From positions 8,096 to 72,095 of IMG/VR virus record IMGVR_UViG_3300030620_000005: a stretch of 64,000 bases of DNA; one strand, 5' to 3'. Below, one piece after another: positions 61,339 through 64,000 of this stretch. The position numbers and the translations under genes were made by a program. The DNA is from a virus (lineage: Duplodnaviria > Caudoviricetes). The notes beneath the pieces are model-generated. The model saw only the letters and a program-made list of their open reading frames with translations, was not told the origin of the DNA and did no database searches. How positions within the stretch are numbered: position 1 is the first letter of the stretch; every line of letters begins with the position of its first letter.

Positions 61339-62007
61339 TTACGGCGTCTCGCCGTGCTCGAAGCGGGCGCAGCGGCCGAGGGTGTAGGCGGCCTCAAGGT
61401 GCGGGCCGACGGCTATGCCGGGGTGAAGCATCGGCTTCGTCAGGTCCCCTTTCAGGGGTGTGGTCGACGGCCGGCCGACGGGAATGGGCATGGCTCCCAG
61501 GCGCTGCCAGGCGACTAGCTCGCCGGCCTGGATGCTGTTCAGGTCGGCGCCGAGGCGTTCCAGGTCGGCTATGGCGAGAAATACGTGGAGGCCGTACAGG
61601 GCCGGCGGGAACTCGCACTCCTCGGAGCAGCGGTGGGGCTGCCCGCAGTAGGCGCCGCGGGTGACGCTGTGGTGGAGGGGAGCGGCGCCGTTGGTGTCGG
61701 GGATCTGCCCGAGGATGATCAGGTTGGTGCTGCCGCCGTTGGGGCCTATTCCTTTGGTGGGGTGGACTGCGTCGGCGAGGAGGTTCATGTCGAGCCAGTC
61801 TTGGCTTCCTTTGACTTCGACCCACCATCCGATGTCGGGAAGGTGGAAGTCGGGCAGGTACGGGCGGCGCTGCTCGCCGACGAGGTAGCCCTGGGGTTCG
61901 TATTCCCAGCGGATGCCGAGGTCGTTGAAGACGTTGGCCCAGCGGGCTTCGAGGCGGCTACGGAAGTGGTGTCCGGCGTAGTAGGTCTCGATTGCCTGGA
62001 TGGTCAC
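61339..62007 (-). CDS. PD-(D/E)xK nuclease-like protein
   Basis: FRSRLEARWA..WEYEP..YLPDF..VEVKG. Confidence 0.75.
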   Translation of the reverse strand: MTIQAIETYYAGHHFRSRLEARWANVFNDLGIRWEYEPQGYLVGEQRRPYLPDFHLPDIGWWVEVKGSQDWLDMNLLADAVHPTKGIGPNGGSTNLIILGQIPDTNGAAPLHHSVTRGAYCGQPHRCSEECEFPPALYGLHVFLAIADLERLGADLNSIQAGELVAWQRLGAMPIPVGRPSTTPLKGDLTKPMLHPGIAVGPHLEAAYTLGRCARFEHGETP

Positions 62008-63362
62008 AGCTTTGGTCCCATCGAGCGGAGTCGGGCGTAATGGCCTTGGAGGATGAGCGGGACGATCCGACCGGCGGGCCCGTTGCGGTTCTTCGCGACG
62101 ATCAGGTCGATCTCTCCGCTGCGGTCCGGGATGCCCATCTCGGGGTCGGCGACCGGCGGCTTGTGCATGAGGACGATCACGTTGGAGTCCTGCTCGATCG
62201 CCGAGGAGTCCTTGAAGTCGGACACGGTGGGCTCGCGGCCGACGGCGCCTCGGTTGAACTGGGCGAGGGCGACGACGGGGATCTCGAACTCCATGGCGAG
62301 GAGCTTGAGGTTGCGGCTGATCTCGGCGACTTCGTTGGCCCGGTTGCGGTCTTTCTTGCTGGGCTCGGGTGTGACGAGCTGGAGGTAGTCGGCGACGACG
62401 ATGGCCGGGGTGCGGCCGGTGCCTGCCATCCAGCGGACGCGGGTGCGGATCTTGCTGACGGTCAGGTTGGGGCTGTCGTCGAGGATGAAGTTGTGGGCGT
62501 TCTGGAGCTTGGGGGCGGCGCGGAAAACTCGCTCCCAGTCGGTGGGGCTGAGGTTGCGGCGGATGAGCTTCTCAACGTTGACGCCGGCTTCGGCGGCGGT
62601 GAGGCGGGCCATGAGTTCGCCGCCGCCCATTTCCATGGAGGCGACGAGCGCGGGGCGGCTGCGGGTGAGGGCGACGTGGGCGGCGAGGTTGACGCCGAAC
62701 AGGGACTTGCCGCCTCCGGTGGCTGCGCCGACGGTGATGAGTTGGCCGGGCTTGAGTTCGATGACGTCGTTGAGGTCGTGCCAGGGGGTGTCGAGGGCGC
62801 GGGGGTCGTGTCCGGCTTCGAGTTCGTCGATGAAGCCCATCCACCGGTCGGCGACGGAGAGTTTCTCGTCGGCGGTGGTGACGCCTTTGGCGGCGGCTTG
62901 GAGGTCGGACATGACGGCTTCGAGGACTTCGGCGGCGGCTTGGGTGGCGGCGAGGACGCGGCTGGTGCCGGAGCGGGTGGCGCGGAGGATGGCTCGGAGT
63001 TGGGCGTGTTCGCGGATGATCTCGGCGTATCCGGCGGCGTTGCCGACGATGGGTACGGATTGGGCGAGTTCGTGGATGTAGGGGGCTCCGCCGACTTTGG
63101 TGAGTTCGCCGGTGGCGAGGAGTTCGGCGGCGACGGTGATGGGGTCGATCTTGGGTTTCCGGTCGCGGCAGGCCATGTCGATGATCGTTCGGTAGACGAT
63201 CTGGTGGCGGGGCTCGTGGAAGTCTTCGGGGCCGGTGAGGATGCGGTCGATGGTGTCGATCGCGGCGGGGTCGTAGAAGGTGGAGCCGAGGGCGGCTTTC
63301 TCGGCTTCGAGGTTGTGGGGTTCGGCGGTGGTGGCGGCTGCGTCCCAGAGTGGTTCGGTCAT
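62004..63362 (-). CDS. dnaB: Replicative DnaB-like helicase
   Basis: HNLEAEKAALG; GAATGGGKS; SMEM; ADYLQL; ISRNLKLLA; SSAIEQDS; AKNRNGP. Confidence 0.95.
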   Translation of the reverse strand: MTEPLWDAAATTAEPHNLEAEKAALGSTFYDPAAIDTIDRILTGPEDFHEPRHQIVYRTIIDMACRDRKPKIDPITVAAELLATGELTKVGGAPYIHELAQSVPIVGNAAGYAEIIREHAQLRAILRATRSGTSRVLAATQAAAEVLEAVMSDLQAAAKGVTTADEKLSVADRWMGFIDELEAGHDPRALDTPWHDLNDVIELKPGQLITVGAATGGGKSLFGVNLAAHVALTRSRPALVASMEMGGGELMARLTAAEAGVNVEKLIRRNLSPTDWERVFRAAPKLQNAHNFILDDSPNLTVSKIRTRVRWMAGTGRTPAIVVADYLQLVTPEPSKKDRNRANEVAEISRNLKLLAMEFEIPVVALAQFNRGAVGREPTVSDFKDSSAIEQDSNVIVLMHKPPVADPEMGIPDRSGEIDLIVAKNRNGPAGRIVPLILQGHYARLRSMGPKL

Positions 63363-64000
63363 GCTGCGTGGCCTTTCGCTTTGGGGTTGCAGGCGGGGCA
63401 GTGGGTGAGGCTGCGGATGCCTTTGCCGTCTTCGGTTTCTCGGGTGCGGGTGACGGGGTCGCAGTCGGGGTCGCCGCAGTGCGGAGGCTTGGGGCCGTGG
63501 CTGCCCTTGGGCGGCTGCGGGTCGACGGCAGGGGCGAGGCCGAGCCAGCCGGACTTGAGGAAGAACGTGGCGAAGCTGATCGGCTCGCCGTTTCGGGTCT
63601 TCAGTCCGCGGGCGAAGGTGACCATCTGCTGGACGCCTGCGCGCTGCTGGACTCTGGCGATGGCCTGTACGTCCTCGGGTTGCATCTGCCAGGAGACGCG
63701 GATGCCGGCTTCGCTCATGGCTTTGATGAGCGGCTGGATGTAGTCGAAGGCCTTGGGGATCCGGCTCTCGCTGCTGTCCTGCGTGCCCCGTTCGGCGGCG
63801 GGGGGAGGGGAGGGGTAGTTGGTGTTTGTGTTACTACCGTTATGGGGTCCGGATTTCGGACCCCCAGGGGTCCGGATTTCGGACCCCCCCGGTCCGGATT
63901 CTGTACCGGTCCGGATTTCGGACCGGTCCGGATTCTGTACCGGTCCGGATTTCGGACCCCCTTCATGGCCTGACCTGCTGCGATGCTGTGATTTCGAGGA
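63359..64000 (-). CDS. Replication initiator (5' end beyond the window)
   Basis: The frame of ORF 63359-63718 is open to base 64000 by manual translation; contains the iterons; coupled to dnaB. Confidence 0.75.
   Translation of the reverse strand, partial: SSKSQHRSRSGHEGGPKSGPVQNPDRSEIRTGTESGPGGSEIRTPGGPKSGPHNGSNTNTNYPSPPPAAERGTQDSSESRIPKAFDYIQPLIKAMSEAGIRVSWQMQPEDVQAIARVQQRAGVQQMVTFARGLKTRNGEPISFATFFLKSGWLGLAPAVDPQPPKGSHGPKPPHCGDPDCDPVTRTRETEDGKGIRSLTHCPACNPKAKGHAA
63846..63958. repeat. Six 17-bp iterons GGTCCGGATT(TCGG/CTGT)ACC (candidate origin)
   Basis: Copies at 63846, 63869, 63891, 63908, 63925 and 63942; the last four are perfectly tandem; an A/T-richer tract lies at about 63815-63843. 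Confidence 0.85.

Larger units (their letters stand above)
1..64000. mobile_element. Temperate actinophage genome (siphovirus-type, probably Streptomyces host), incomplete at both window ends
   Basis: Contiguous terminase, portal, capsid, tail, tape measure, lysis, integrase, repressor/cro and DnaB modules; high GC; no housekeeping genes recognised. Confidence 0.96.

Noticed and set aside
63846-63958. Iterons or TCCGGAC clusters as a CRISPR array
   Set aside because: Repeats are contiguous or irregular, without unique 30-40 nt spacers; no cas genes
63715-63966. 83-aa ORF MKGVRNPDR...
   Set aside because: Off-frame reading of the iterons; the initiator frame is open through this region

Overview
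The whole 64 kb window is a high-GC temperate actinophage, most likely a Streptomyces siphovirus. No host chromosomal genes, tRNAs, rRNAs or CRISPR arrays were recognised. Read on the minus strand it runs: replication initiator with internal iterons and DnaB (64.0-62.0 kb); small early genes; a NUMOD4-HNH gene; a plasmid-type TraB/FtsK conjugation operon with its own repressor and candidate clt repeats (54.9-50.0 kb); accessory cassettes; terS; a sugar-modification cluster with 2 NDP-sugar dehydratase/epimerases, 4 glycosyltransferase-like genes and a methyltransferase (42.5-36.1 kb); terL with a 325-aa intein whose HNH endonuclease is encoded in a different reading frame; portal; a 2H-phosphoesterase/MuF/double-protease polyprotein; capsid; tail; lysis genes; a GT-B glycosyltransferase; a plus-strand cassette with WhiB and an RNA ligase; tyrosine integrase; repressor/cro switch; and more early genes (3.1-0 kb). 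The lysis side abuts the integrase/immunity side inside the window, which is the arrangement of a circular (attP-joined) or tandem phage rather than a single integrated prophage. Top leads: the overprinted intein HNH, the conjugation module in a tailed phage, the glycosylation cluster, an antisense catalytically dead prohead-protease paralog, and a conserved late-promoter motif found at 6-7 sites. All family assignments come from visual motif recognition; no database searches were run.
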